Shown here: piece after piece, positions 8,274-15,893 of the stretch
Layout of the letters: each line of letters starts with the position of its first letter
Position numbering within the stretch: the first letter of the stretch is position 1
Made by a program: the position numbers and the translations under genes
From: an uncultured virus (IMG/VR IMGVR_UViG_3300021404_000010)
Lineage: Duplodnaviria; Heunggongvirae; Uroviricota; Caudoviricetes
Direction: 5' to 3' (one strand)
DNA: 20,000 bases
IMG/VR virus record: IMGVR_UViG_3300021404_000010
Notes under the pieces: model-generated
What the model was told of the DNA's origin: nothing
The model's input: only the letters and a program-made list of their open reading frames with translations
The model's database searches: none

Positions 8274-8622
8274 GGTAGCGATCAGCGTCGTCGCAGGCCG
8301 GGCCCGCGCCGCCCTTGGGCCGGATCGTACGCTGATGCACAGGCTGGCCCCGCCATTGGTCCATGACCACCAGCCCGGCATCGGTCGCCGAGATCAATAT
8401 CGCCGCGTGGCTCGATCCGTCGGTGGCATTCGCGTAGCGGCCATTGGCATCGAACGTCGCGATCGCCGTGCCGCTTGGATGCGCGCCGCCGCGCACCTTC
8501 GCCCCGCGCCGCCATTGCGAGGTGTGCGGGGCGCCGGTGACCTCGCGCACGTACGCGACGCAGTGGCCGTTGCCGACCACTGCGCCCGTGTACTTGTCGT
8601 GCGTTGTAGAGACGAACGTCAC
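8236..8622 (-). CDS. BPSL0067/Tae2-family Cys-His peptidoglycan endopeptidase (putative endolysin), 128 aa
   Basis: GTG 8622 (GTGA overlap). Motifs VGNGHCVAYV (Cys21), WRRG, GTAIATFD.NGRY, SHAAI (His72), MDQW, DDADRYHVV are the family signature. Confidence 0.85.
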   Translation of the reverse strand: MTFVSTTHDKYTGAVVGNGHCVAYVREVTGAPHTSQWRRGAKVRGGAHPSGTAIATFDANGRYANATDGSSHAAILISATDAGLVVMDQWRGQPVHQRTIRPKGGAGPACDDADRYHVVVTDAAATIA

Positions 8623-9137
8623 TTCGGCTCGGGGTGCGGCGGAATCGGAAGCCCGACAACCAATGACGGATCGACCGCGACGTAGCGCCAGCCGACGCCA
8701 GGAATGCCGGCGACGAGCCAATAGGTTTGCGGCTTCGGCAAACCCTGATCGGGCCGCACGGGACGCCCGCCAGCAGGCGGCAGGCCTTGATCGGGCGCAG
8801 GTGGCGCACCGCCAGTAGGCGGCAGACCCTGGTCTGGATGACCGCCGCCATAGATGGGCGGCCAGATGGTGCCGGGAGGTGTGCCAGGAGGCGCAGGCTG
8901 GATCGGATGGCTCGGCGTCAAAGGTGGAAACACGCCGGGCGGCGGACGCGGCAAACCGTGACCGGGACGCTCACCGCCAATCGGCGGCAGGCCCAGACCC
9001 GGCAATCCCTGATCGGGATGCGTGTCATCGATGCCATAGTCGGGATCGACGGCGCCCTCTTCATCGGGAAGCCCCTGATCGGGATGACCACCGCCGCGAC
9101 GACCGCGGATTTTCAGAAAGCCTGTTACGAACGGCAT
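8619..9137 (-). CDS. Proline/glycine-rich repeat protein (5x PDQGLP), 172 aa, unknown function
   Basis: ATG 9137 with AAGGAG RBS. Five exact PDQGLP plus one PGHGLP; aromatic C-terminal segment YWLVAGIPGVGWRYVAVDP. Confidence 0.8.
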   Translation of the reverse strand: MPFVTGFLKIRGRRGGGHPDQGLPDEEGAVDPDYGIDDTHPDQGLPGLGLPPIGGERPGHGLPRPPPGVFPPLTPSHPIQPAPPGTPPGTIWPPIYGGGHPDQGLPPTGGAPPAPDQGLPPAGGRPVRPDQGLPKPQTYWLVAGIPGVGWRYVAVDPSLVVGLPIPPHPEPK

Positions 9138-9220
9138 GTTTCGCTCCTTGGTTGGTGGTGTAGACACGTCGGCCCATACGCTCTTTCACGCCTCTCGCGT
9201 GTGACCGTTTGGGATCGTTC

Positions 9221-11074
9221 CTATCGATTCACATTCACCACGACATTCGCCTTATGGATCGCGCCGGCGAGCTTGATCGCGGCCTGAATGGTGGGCGCGG
9301 TGCGCGTCTCGCGGATCGACTGCGGCTGGGTTTCCACCAAGGGCGCATAGACGTAGTAGCCCTTCGGCAGCATCTGCCCGGTGACGATCTGACCGAACCC
9401 GGGCGCGTTCCATTGCCCCGGCGCGATCAGCCCGTTCGTCACGCCTTGCGCGATCGCGTTCTCCACCGTCGTCACCAAGATATGCACGCCGGGATTGGTT
9501 TGCGGAATTTTCGTGGGCGCGGTGTAGAGCGCATTGAACACGTCGGTCTGGATGCGATTGGCCTGCCAATCGGTGCCGTGCACCTCATCGAAGAAGAAGC
9601 CGTTGCTCATCACCCCCTCTTGGATGATCGCCACGTCGTTGTTGTAGTAGACGAACTGGTTGATGTTTTTTGCTTTCAGCGTCGCCGCCTGGTTCTCGGT
9701 CAAAAGCTCTCCGGTCACCCCAGGCTCCTGCTTGAACTTCAGGGTGATGACGGTGTTGCTGCCCTCGAAATCCACGGTGAACGCGCGGCCAAAGATCGCC
9801 GCGTCGGCGTAGGCACTGCTGGACGAATACTGACCGAAGGTGCGCTCGAAGTTGTTGCCCTTCATCGCGCTCGCGAGGTCCGTCGTCACCGTCGGGTCGA
9901 GCGCGGCGGTGTCTTGGGTGGTGTAGCCGAAGATCGAGATGGGAGAGGCGGCTTCAATGAAGGCCGCGACGGCGAGGTAGTCGCTGTCGGCGAGCGGCGT
10001 CGAGACAGCGAACTTGAACCCGTACCACTCGGGGTGTGCCCGGAGCGCGACAGCGCATTGCAGCGCGGTCTCCGCGGCGATGCCGTTGACCGGCACGCTC
10101 GCGCCCGAGGCTTTGGTTAGCCCGAGAAGGGTAGAAACGTCCTGACCGGTGCCGGCCGGTCCCCCATAGCCAATCGTCGAGGTCGGGCCCGACGAGAGCG
10201 ACGTGACATTGAACCGCGTGCCATCCCACACAACGACCGCACCGGACAGCGACTGAGAGACGATAGAGGCTGCACCGTTGAGGTTGGTGATGTTGGTGAA
10301 GTTCATGCCGGACGCGCCGTTGACTGGCGGCAGCGCGCCGGTCGCCAGCGTCAGTTTCAGCGTGCCCGAGATATCGGTGCCGGTCGTCGGCGCGCTGGCA
10401 TAGGTGATGGTGGAGGCGGCGCCGGTCGTCGCCGAATGCATCTGGAAGATGCCGAGGATCGCATTCCAGATAAACGTGCCTTTGGTGCCAAGCCCGGTTT
10501 CGATCAGCGCCGCCGCGGCGGTCAGGTCGGCGACGCCGGTAAAGTCGATCGGCGCGAGGTCAACAACCGTTCCGTCAATTGTCACCGAGAACGCGCCCGA
10601 TGCGGTCCCCTGCAACGTCGAGAGCAGCGTCGCCTGGTCCGCTGTGGCAAACGCGCCGGAGGACAATTGCGCAGCGGACGCGGCGGCGGTGCGGGGAGTG
10701 CCATCAACCATGATGACCATTGTGCCGTTGCTCACCGCGGTCAGGGCGGCGAGCGTTTGCGCTTGCTGGGCGGTGGACATGATCGCGCCATGCAGCACGG
10801 CCGAGGTCGGGGTCTGTGCGAAGCGCCCGAGATAGACCATCGACGGCTGCGGATGCTGCGCAAAGAAGAGGTCGGCGGCGAGGTATTCGGGCGACGTGGT
10901 GCCGAAGTCCATGCCGATATCGTCGATGCCGGTGTATTCGCGCAGCCTCTCACTGACATCGATCACCGCCGAAGGGCCGGCGATGCAGAGCGAGCCGAAG
11001 TTGCGCAGCGGCACCGCGAGCGGGCTCATGTTCACATCGACATTGACGACATCGGACACGCTTAAGCCGGGCAT
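9221..11074 (-). CDS. Contractile tail sheath protein (DUF3383-like), 617 aa
   Basis: GLSVSDVVNVDV...RNFG...ERLREY...DFGTTSPEYLAA..FF.Q.P.P..VY.GR; TLKFKQEPGV; FFDEVHGTDW; KIPQTN.G; GLIAPGQW; AIKLAGAIH..VNVNR. AGGAG RBS. Confidence 0.95.
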   Translation of the reverse strand: MPGLSVSDVVNVDVNMSPLAVPLRNFGSLCIAGPSAVIDVSERLREYTGIDDIGMDFGTTSPEYLAADLFFAQHPQPSMVYLGRFAQTPTSAVLHGAIMSTAQQAQTLAALTAVSNGTMVIMVDGTPRTAAASAAQLSSGAFATADQATLLSTLQGTASGAFSVTIDGTVVDLAPIDFTGVADLTAAAALIETGLGTKGTFIWNAILGIFQMHSATTGAASTITYASAPTTGTDISGTLKLTLATGALPPVNGASGMNFTNITNLNGAASIVSQSLSGAVVVWDGTRFNVTSLSSGPTSTIGYGGPAGTGQDVSTLLGLTKASGASVPVNGIAAETALQCAVALRAHPEWYGFKFAVSTPLADSDYLAVAAFIEAASPISIFGYTTQDTAALDPTVTTDLASAMKGNNFERTFGQYSSSSAYADAAIFGRAFTVDFEGSNTVITLKFKQEPGVTGELLTENQAATLKAKNINQFVYYNNDVAIIQEGVMSNGFFFDEVHGTDWQANRIQTDVFNALYTAPTKIPQTNPGVHILVTTVENAIAQGVTNGLIAPGQWNAPGFGQIVTGQMLPKGYYVYAPLVETQPQSIRETRTAPTIQAAIKLAGAIHKANVVVNVNR

Positions 11075-11110
11075 TGGCTTCGCTCCTGTTGCACGCTCAT
11101 GGATGGGGAA

Positions 11111-11130
11111 GCCGCGCGACCCGGCGCGGC
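11111..11130 (-). terminator. GC hairpin after the fibre-2 stop (possible weak terminator or RNA-processing stem)
   Basis: 7-bp stem GCCGCGC / GCGCGGC with a 6-nt loop, 8 nt after TAA. Only TT follows, so there is no real U-tract. Confidence 0.3.
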
Positions 11131-11138
11131 GGCGGGGT

Positions 11139-13445
11139 TTAGCCGGCAGACATCTTCAGCACGTTGCCGGCAGTGGGGTCGCACCACAGCATGTAAGGGA
11201 CGTGAGGATCCGCGGTGGGCAATGCGATATAGGTTGGTCCGTTCAGGAAAACCCGGCCTTGCGTGGCACCGCCCGACACGGCTCCAGGCTGCAAGATGAT
11301 GTCGCCGCTCGCGTTGCCCGCACCGCTCGCGTCGGCGGTGACCAGCGTGCCTTTCAGGCTGATCACCGGCGCGTCGAGGGTGATCGTGCCGCGCGTTGCG
11401 CCGTTTGCCACGGTGCCCGTCTGCAAGATCATGCCGCCGCTTGTGTTGCCCGCACCGGAGGCGTTGCCGGTGGCGATGGTCATGCCGCCACTGGTGCCCA
11501 CAGCAGAATTGCCGGAATAGAGATAGATCGAGCCGGTGTTGCCCGCCGCGGCGTCGCCAGAACCCAGGCCGGCCTGTCCGGTGTCGCCCGCGGGCTGATT
11601 GATCGTGTACAGATACGCCCAGCCGTCGGCGCCAACGCCGGTCGCCGCGATGTCCAGGACGGTGCCGACGATCTGCGGATCGGCCGTGGTTTCGATCTCC
11701 AATGCACCAGTCAGGTTGATCGTCGGCGCATCGAGCGTGATGCTGCCGCGTATCGCGATGCCGTCAACGCTCGCGCCGGTCTGAAGGACAATATCGCCGG
11801 ACTGATTGCCGGCACCGTTTGCTCTGCCTGTGATGAGCGAGATCAGGCCGGAGGTATTCGCGTTCGCGCCGCCGGTATAGATGTTGATGGGTCCGGATTG
11901 GCCGGAAGTGGAAACCCCGGTCCAGACCTCGGCGCCGCCGCTGTCGCCGCTATTCGTGTTGCCGGACCCTAAGCCGGCCCAGCCGGTCGGCCCCGCGCCG
12001 CTATTGTCGCCCGACCACATATACGTTTGGCCGGAGGCGTTCGTGGCGTCGCTGATGTTCGGCGTCCCCATCAGGAAATCGCCATTGTCGGCTGTGCAAA
12101 GCGCGCGACCGGTGATTTTGACATTCGCCGCATCGAGGATGATGCGGCCTCGCGCTGCTATGCCGTCATTGGAGTTGCCGGTCTTGAATTGGATGTCGCC
12201 GGATTGATTGCCGACTCCCTGCGCGGTGCCAGTAGACAGCGCGAACTGGCCGGAATTGCCGGAATCGGAATTACCCGTCCAGATTTCGACGAAGCCGCTT
12301 GTCGCGCCGTCCAGGCTGACATCGCCAGTGCCTATGCCGGCTGGACCGGAGTTGCCGTAGTTGCTGCCACCCGTCCAGAGATACGTTTCGGCCGAGGTGG
12401 TGGCGTCTGTCGAATCCGGCGTGTTCAGATCGATGTTGCCAGTGGCGTCGGTCGCAAGTCTGCCGATCGTCAACAAACCGCTGATCTCTGCATCGCCGAA
12501 GAACAGCGCCCTGCCGCTCACATTGAAATCGGTCATGACCGATATCTGGTTTTGCCCGACGGCGAACAGGTCGATCTCGGCGACGGTGCCGCTGGTATCA
12601 CCGGGAAGTGGCATGAGGCTGATGTAGAAATTGTCGGTGTATCGCAGCAGAGCCAAAGCCACATCAGGAGTGCTGCTGGTCCCTGGCCCAAGGATCAGCG
12701 CGGGTCCGAATTGGGAAGCGTCGCTTCTCAGCATCAGCGCCGGAGCCATGCCGGTCCAGGGTGCGTCTTGGTTTTGCGGCGCGTTGATCGTGGTGATCAA
12801 TCCATCGAGGGTGATGGCACCGGTCGCGCGAGAGATGTCGATTGGCGTGCCGAGAAGATTGCCACCGTCATCGTAGCGGAAAAGATGAAGGTCAGAGCCG
12901 GCGTTGCCTCCAGTCTCGTCGTCACTGTTAGCGCCGCCAATTTGGAACAGCCACCGTGGCAAGCTGCCAATGCAGAATGCGAGATAGGTGTTGAACTCAC
13001 CGGGAATTCGACTGATCGAAATTCCAGGCTGGCCGGGGCTTTCGGCACCGCCGCTCGTCAGCCACACATAGCCGGCGCTGTAGTCGGGCTGGCCAACATT
13101 GAAGCTGCCCGTCACGAAGAGGTTCGTCGTGTCAGGTCCAGCCTCGATCGTCAGCGGTCCGGTGAGCGTGCCGCCGTAGAGCGGCAGGAATGCACCGATC
13201 GCGTCGTGGATCGCCCTGTCGGCGTATTGCTTCGTCGCCGCGCCCATCGCCGTCGTCGGATCGCTGGCAAGCGCCAGCGGTCCGGTCAGAATGCCGCCCG
13301 AGATCGGCAGATACGGCCCAGCCAACCCAGCGAGCGCGTTTTGCAGGGTGGTGATCTCGTCGGCGATCGTCGCGAAGTTCTGCCGCACCGGGCCGGTGTA
13401 GGCATCGGGGGAGGTCGGAACGGTGATGTCGACGTTGCTCGCCAT
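11139..13445 (-). CDS. Fibre-like virion appendage protein (~768 aa; start 13445 or 13451)
   Basis: N-terminal VRQNFATIADEITTLQ coiled segment; YLPISGG.LTGPL and DPTTAMGAATKQY fibre-shaft motifs; RW...ETGGNAGSD...RYDD.G...TP..ISRATG module; Gly/Ser/Thr solenoid repeats; C-terminal LPTADPHV..LW.D...VLKMSAG. Confidence 0.8.
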   Translation of the reverse strand: MASNVDITVPTSPDAYTGPVRQNFATIADEITTLQNALAGLAGPYLPISGGILTGPLALASDPTTAMGAATKQYADRAIHDAIGAFLPLYGGTLTGPLTIEAGPDTTNLFVTGSFNVGQPDYSAGYVWLTSGGAESPGQPGISISRIPGEFNTYLAFCIGSLPRWLFQIGGANSDDETGGNAGSDLHLFRYDDGGNLLGTPIDISRATGAITLDGLITTINAPQNQDAPWTGMAPALMLRSDASQFGPALILGPGTSSTPDVALALLRYTDNFYISLMPLPGDTSGTVAEIDLFAVGQNQISVMTDFNVSGRALFFGDAEISGLLTIGRLATDATGNIDLNTPDSTDATTSAETYLWTGGSNYGNSGPAGIGTGDVSLDGATSGFVEIWTGNSDSGNSGQFALSTGTAQGVGNQSGDIQFKTGNSNDGIAARGRIILDAANVKITGRALCTADNGDFLMGTPNISDATNASGQTYMWSGDNSGAGPTGWAGLGSGNTNSGDSGGAEVWTGVSTSGQSGPINIYTGGANANTSGLISLITGRANGAGNQSGDIVLQTGASVDGIAIRGSITLDAPTINLTGALEIETTADPQIVGTVLDIAATGVGADGWAYLYTINQPAGDTGQAGLGSGDAAAGNTGSIYLYSGNSAVGTSGGMTIATGNASGAGNTSGGMILQTGTVANGATRGTITLDAPVISLKGTLVTADASGAGNASGDIILQPGAVSGGATQGRVFLNGPTYIALPTADPHVPYMLWCDPTAGNVLKMSAG
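11245..12390 (-). repeat. Protein-level repeats in fibre 2: three ~90-110-aa units plus a partial one, built from ~14-aa SGx(I)x(I)xTG rungs
   Basis: Unit ends: GNQSGDIQFKTG..RGRIILDA, GNQSGDIVLQTG..RGSITLDA, GNTSGGMILQTG..RGTITLDA, GNASGDIILQPG..QGRVFLNG. Confidence 0.8.
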
Positions 13446-13447
13446 GC

Positions 13448-14122
13448 TCATTCTCTCCAGTACGTCGAGCCCTCGTCCCACCGCGTCGCGCCGTCGTCCC
13501 AGGTGACCTGCGAGCCCGGCGTCACGGAAACGTCGGTGCTGATTCCGGTGTCGGTTTTCAGCACCACATCGGCGGCCGCGAGGTCGAAGATCGGATAGAC
13601 ACGCTCGAATTGCGCCCTGAACTCCAGCCGCATATCGATGCGATCGACATACTGCTGGTTCATGATCTCGGGGTTGCGTGCCAGGTCGTGCACCGAGAGC
13701 AGCTTCGCGCCGATCGCGCTGAACGGCTCCATGTTCTGCTGGATGTAGAGTCCATCCCGCACCGCGCCCGCGGCTTCCTCCGCACCCGGCCCGTAGAAGC
13801 TCGCCAGCACCGTCAGCGTCGCGTGGCGCTGCAACTCGTCGTAGCCAGGGGCAGTCTGCCCTGGGAGCGTCACGCCGCCGTGGTGGCGGATATAGGGGTA
13901 TTCATCCGCCTCGATCTGCGCGACGCCCACGGCGGCCCACGTCGTCGCGGCGGAGGGCTGTGCGGGCGGCATGGGCTGCCAGCGCGGCCGGACCAGAGAG
14001 CCCGGCAGCACGGCGAGGTTGACGATCATCTGCTGCATGGCCGCGGTGATCTCTGCGCCGCTCGGCGGTCGCGGCGGCTGGTCGGTGACGAAACCGCCGG
14101 TCGCCGAGGTGTTGCCGCTCAT
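13448..14122 (-). CDS. Tail terminator / neck completion protein
   Basis: MSGNTSATGGF...LPGSLVRPRWQP.PP.QP...WAAVGV...SFYGP.A...RDGLYIQQN...PEIMNQQYV.R.DM; expected position upstream of the sheath. Confidence 0.85.
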   Translation of the reverse strand: MSGNTSATGGFVTDQPPRPPSGAEITAAMQQMIVNLAVLPGSLVRPRWQPMPPAQPSAATTWAAVGVAQIEADEYPYIRHHGGVTLPGQTAPGYDELQRHATLTVLASFYGPGAEEAAGAVRDGLYIQQNMEPFSAIGAKLLSVHDLARNPEIMNQQYVDRIDMRLEFRAQFERVYPIFDLAAADVVLKTDTGISTDVSVTPGSQVTWDDGATRWDEGSTYWRE

Positions 14123-14349
14123 TGGCGGGCGGAGCGCAGCCAGAACACCATCTGCTCCAACATGCTCCGCGACATGGAAATCTGGTGCGCGCGACTCTCG
14201 CCCAGGCGCAGCGCCAGATTGTCGATGAAGGCCTTGCAGTGATCGCGCAGGTCAGTGATCTCGTCGCCGCCGTCGGCGCGTGGCTCGCGGCGACCTGCCG
14301 CCCTCGCCTGCTCGCCCACGCTGATCTCTGTCGGGAGTTTGTCGCTCAT
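14119..14349 (-). CDS. 76-aa hypothetical protein, possible Tad1/Acb2-like helical hairpin
   Basis: ATG 14349 and stop 14119 are both ATGA-coupled to neighbours. MSDKLPTEIS...DEITDLRDHCKAFIDNLALRLGESRAHQISMSRSMLEQMVFWLRSARQ. Confidence 0.65.
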   Translation of the reverse strand: MSDKLPTEISVGEQARAAGRREPRADGGDEITDLRDHCKAFIDNLALRLGESRAHQISMSRSMLEQMVFWLRSARQ

Positions 14350-14735
14350 GGTGGCCCCGCTGCTGGTGAGATGGTCTTGAGCGTCATCAGGCCCTCGTAG
14401 TGTCCGGCGTTGCCCGCGAAGTTGCCGAAGCGCCCGATGCTGATGACGACGTACTCGCACCCCCGCCACAGCACCGTATCCGCCGCCGAGGTGTCGGTTG
14501 CGGTCGCGAGCGGGAAGGTGGTGATCACCTCATAGGTGCCCGAGGTGCGGGCGGCGTCCGCGGTCATCTCCAGTTCGTCGCCGGTCGCCGCCTGGAGCGA
14601 GGCGAGGATCGGGATGCTCTGGGTCTGATAGGTGGCGATGCCGTCGGCGCCGATCACCTCGACCTGGCGCAAGACGGTGCACGGATCGACGAAATCCGGA
14701 TCGCTCAGAAGCTCGACGACGCTAAGGTTCGCCAT
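14346..14735 (-). CDS. Head-closure / head-tail adaptor (stopper-like), 129 aa
   Basis: Start reassigned to ATG 14735 (AAAGGA RBS). MANLSVVELLSDPDFVDPCTVLR...G...QAATGDEL...ADTVLWRG.EY.V...GHY. Confidence 0.82.
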   Translation of the reverse strand: MANLSVVELLSDPDFVDPCTVLRQVEVIGADGIATYQTQSIPILASLQAATGDELEMTADAARTSGTYEVITTFPLATATDTSAADTVLWRGCEYVVISIGRFGNFAGNAGHYEGLMTLKTISPAAGPP

Positions 14736-14980
14736 GCGGTGATCCTTTGCATGGTCAGGTGAAGCCGCCAGCAGGCCATGATGTCGGGCGCGGGATGGAC
14801 GCGCGCGAGGCGAGAGTCGCCGCGGGACACCAGCCCGATATGCTCGCGCTCGTTCCAGTAGGCGACCTGGGTGTTGGTCAGGCCCACTTCGCGGGCGGCG
14901 TCGGTCAGGTAGACCCCGCGCGCGGCGAGCGCCCGGAGCTTGGCGATATCCTGGTTTGAGGTGCGCTTGGCTGACGTCAT
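14705..14980 (-). CDS. Small helix-turn-helix protein, 91 aa
   Basis: ATG 14980 with GGGAGG RBS. DIAKLRALAARGVYLTDAAREVGLTNTQVAYW fits an HTH pattern. The start could be further upstream. Confidence 0.55.
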   Translation of the reverse strand: MTSAKRTSNQDIAKLRALAARGVYLTDAAREVGLTNTQVAYWNEREHIGLVSRGDSRLARVHPAPDIMACWRLHLTMQRITAWRTLASSSF

Positions 14981-15117
14981 GAGGCACCCCCCTCCCGTTT
15001 CGCCACAGAGGGCCGCACGCGGCGTTTCGCGATTCCTGGCCCCGTTCTCCCGCCGAGGCTCCGCCGGGCCGGCCGTGGGGCGGCGCGCCGGCGCCGCGTA
15101 GCCCATATCGCCCGAGG

Positions 15118-15303
15118 CTATGTGGCCAGGAGCCACCCGTGTCGCGCGAGGCCGACCAGGACGATAATCAGGCAGACCAGGACGACCAGCAGCTTCAAGA
15201 TCGGGTCGATCATCACAGGCCCCCGCGCGACCACGACGATGAGATCGACCAGCCAGCACGCGAGCCACGCGATGACCGCGTAAACGATCGCTTTCTCTTG
15301 CAT
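15118..15303 (-). CDS. Small two-TM membrane protein, 61 aa
   Basis: ATG 15303 with GGAGG RBS. MQEKAIVYAVIAWLACWLVDLIVVVARGPVMIDPILKLLVVLVCLIIVLVGLARHGWLLAT. Confidence 0.75.
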   Translation of the reverse strand: MQEKAIVYAVIAWLACWLVDLIVVVARGPVMIDPILKLLVVLVCLIIVLVGLARHGWLLAT

Positions 15304-15320
15304 GGGGATAACCTCCGAGT

Positions 15321-15893
15321 TCAGTCGCGGCGGATCACATAGGTGACCGAAGCTCTCAACTGACCTGAATCTATGAGCGGGCGGATATTCGGGTTGCCCG
15401 CCGCATCGGTCTCCGCGGCCCACTGCGTCACGGTGACCCCGCGCTTCTTGATCTGCTTGAGCTTGCGCCGGCCCGCCTGCGTCTTGCGCAGCCGCGCGCG
15501 GATCGTCGCCGGCTTCAGCGGCACGAACGGCGGCTCGGGATCGGTGATCTCGTTGACGACCGAGTTGCGCGCGAGGATGCCCACCTTGTTGAGCACCTGA
15601 TCGACGCTCGACAGATTGCCGGTCAGCGCATCCTTGGCGCCCTGCTTCATCATCGCGATGGCCTGGCTGCGGATCCTCTTCACGCCGGGAAACAGGAATG
15701 GGCGCGCCGGGATGTTGTGCATCGGCGAGCCGAACTCGTGGATGTAGGCGAGCGAGGCATTGGTGATCTCGCCCTGCTTGCGTCCGGTCTTCGCGGCCGG
15801 CACGCCCACCAGCACATCGCTCCGGGTCAGCGCGCTGACGTTGCCGATGATCTTGCCGACGTTGTCGATCGTCTTGCGCACATCGATCGGCAT
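15321..15893 (-). CDS. Neck / virion morphogenesis protein (tail-completion, HK97 gp10-like superfamily)
   Basis: VLVGVP...ITNASLAYIHEFGSP..NIPARPFL.PG...PLKPATIRAR...RPLIDSGQLRASVTYVIR. TGATG coupling. Confidence 0.88.
   Translation of the reverse strand: MPIDVRKTIDNVGKIIGNVSALTRSDVLVGVPAAKTGRKQGEITNASLAYIHEFGSPMHNIPARPFLFPGVKRIRSQAIAMMKQGAKDALTGNLSSVDQVLNKVGILARNSVVNEITDPEPPFVPLKPATIRARLRKTQAGRRKLKQIKKRGVTVTQWAAETDAAGNPNIRPLIDSGQLRASVTYVIRRD

Noticed and set aside
8619..9137. Pro-rich protein as an o-spanin (Rz1-like)
   Set aside because: No Cys, lipobox or signal peptide, and no overlapping i-spanin.
9187..9201. Hairpin CACGC-N5-GCGTG after the sheath gene as a terminator
   Set aside because: Only a 5-bp stem with no U-tract on the coding strand.
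12027..13598. 523-aa plus-strand ORF (also 3808-5061, 10896-11972, 9209-10120, 6815-7762 and others)
   Set aside because: Antisense shadows of convincing minus-strand genes in high-GC DNA; Arg/Ala-rich with no recognisable motifs.
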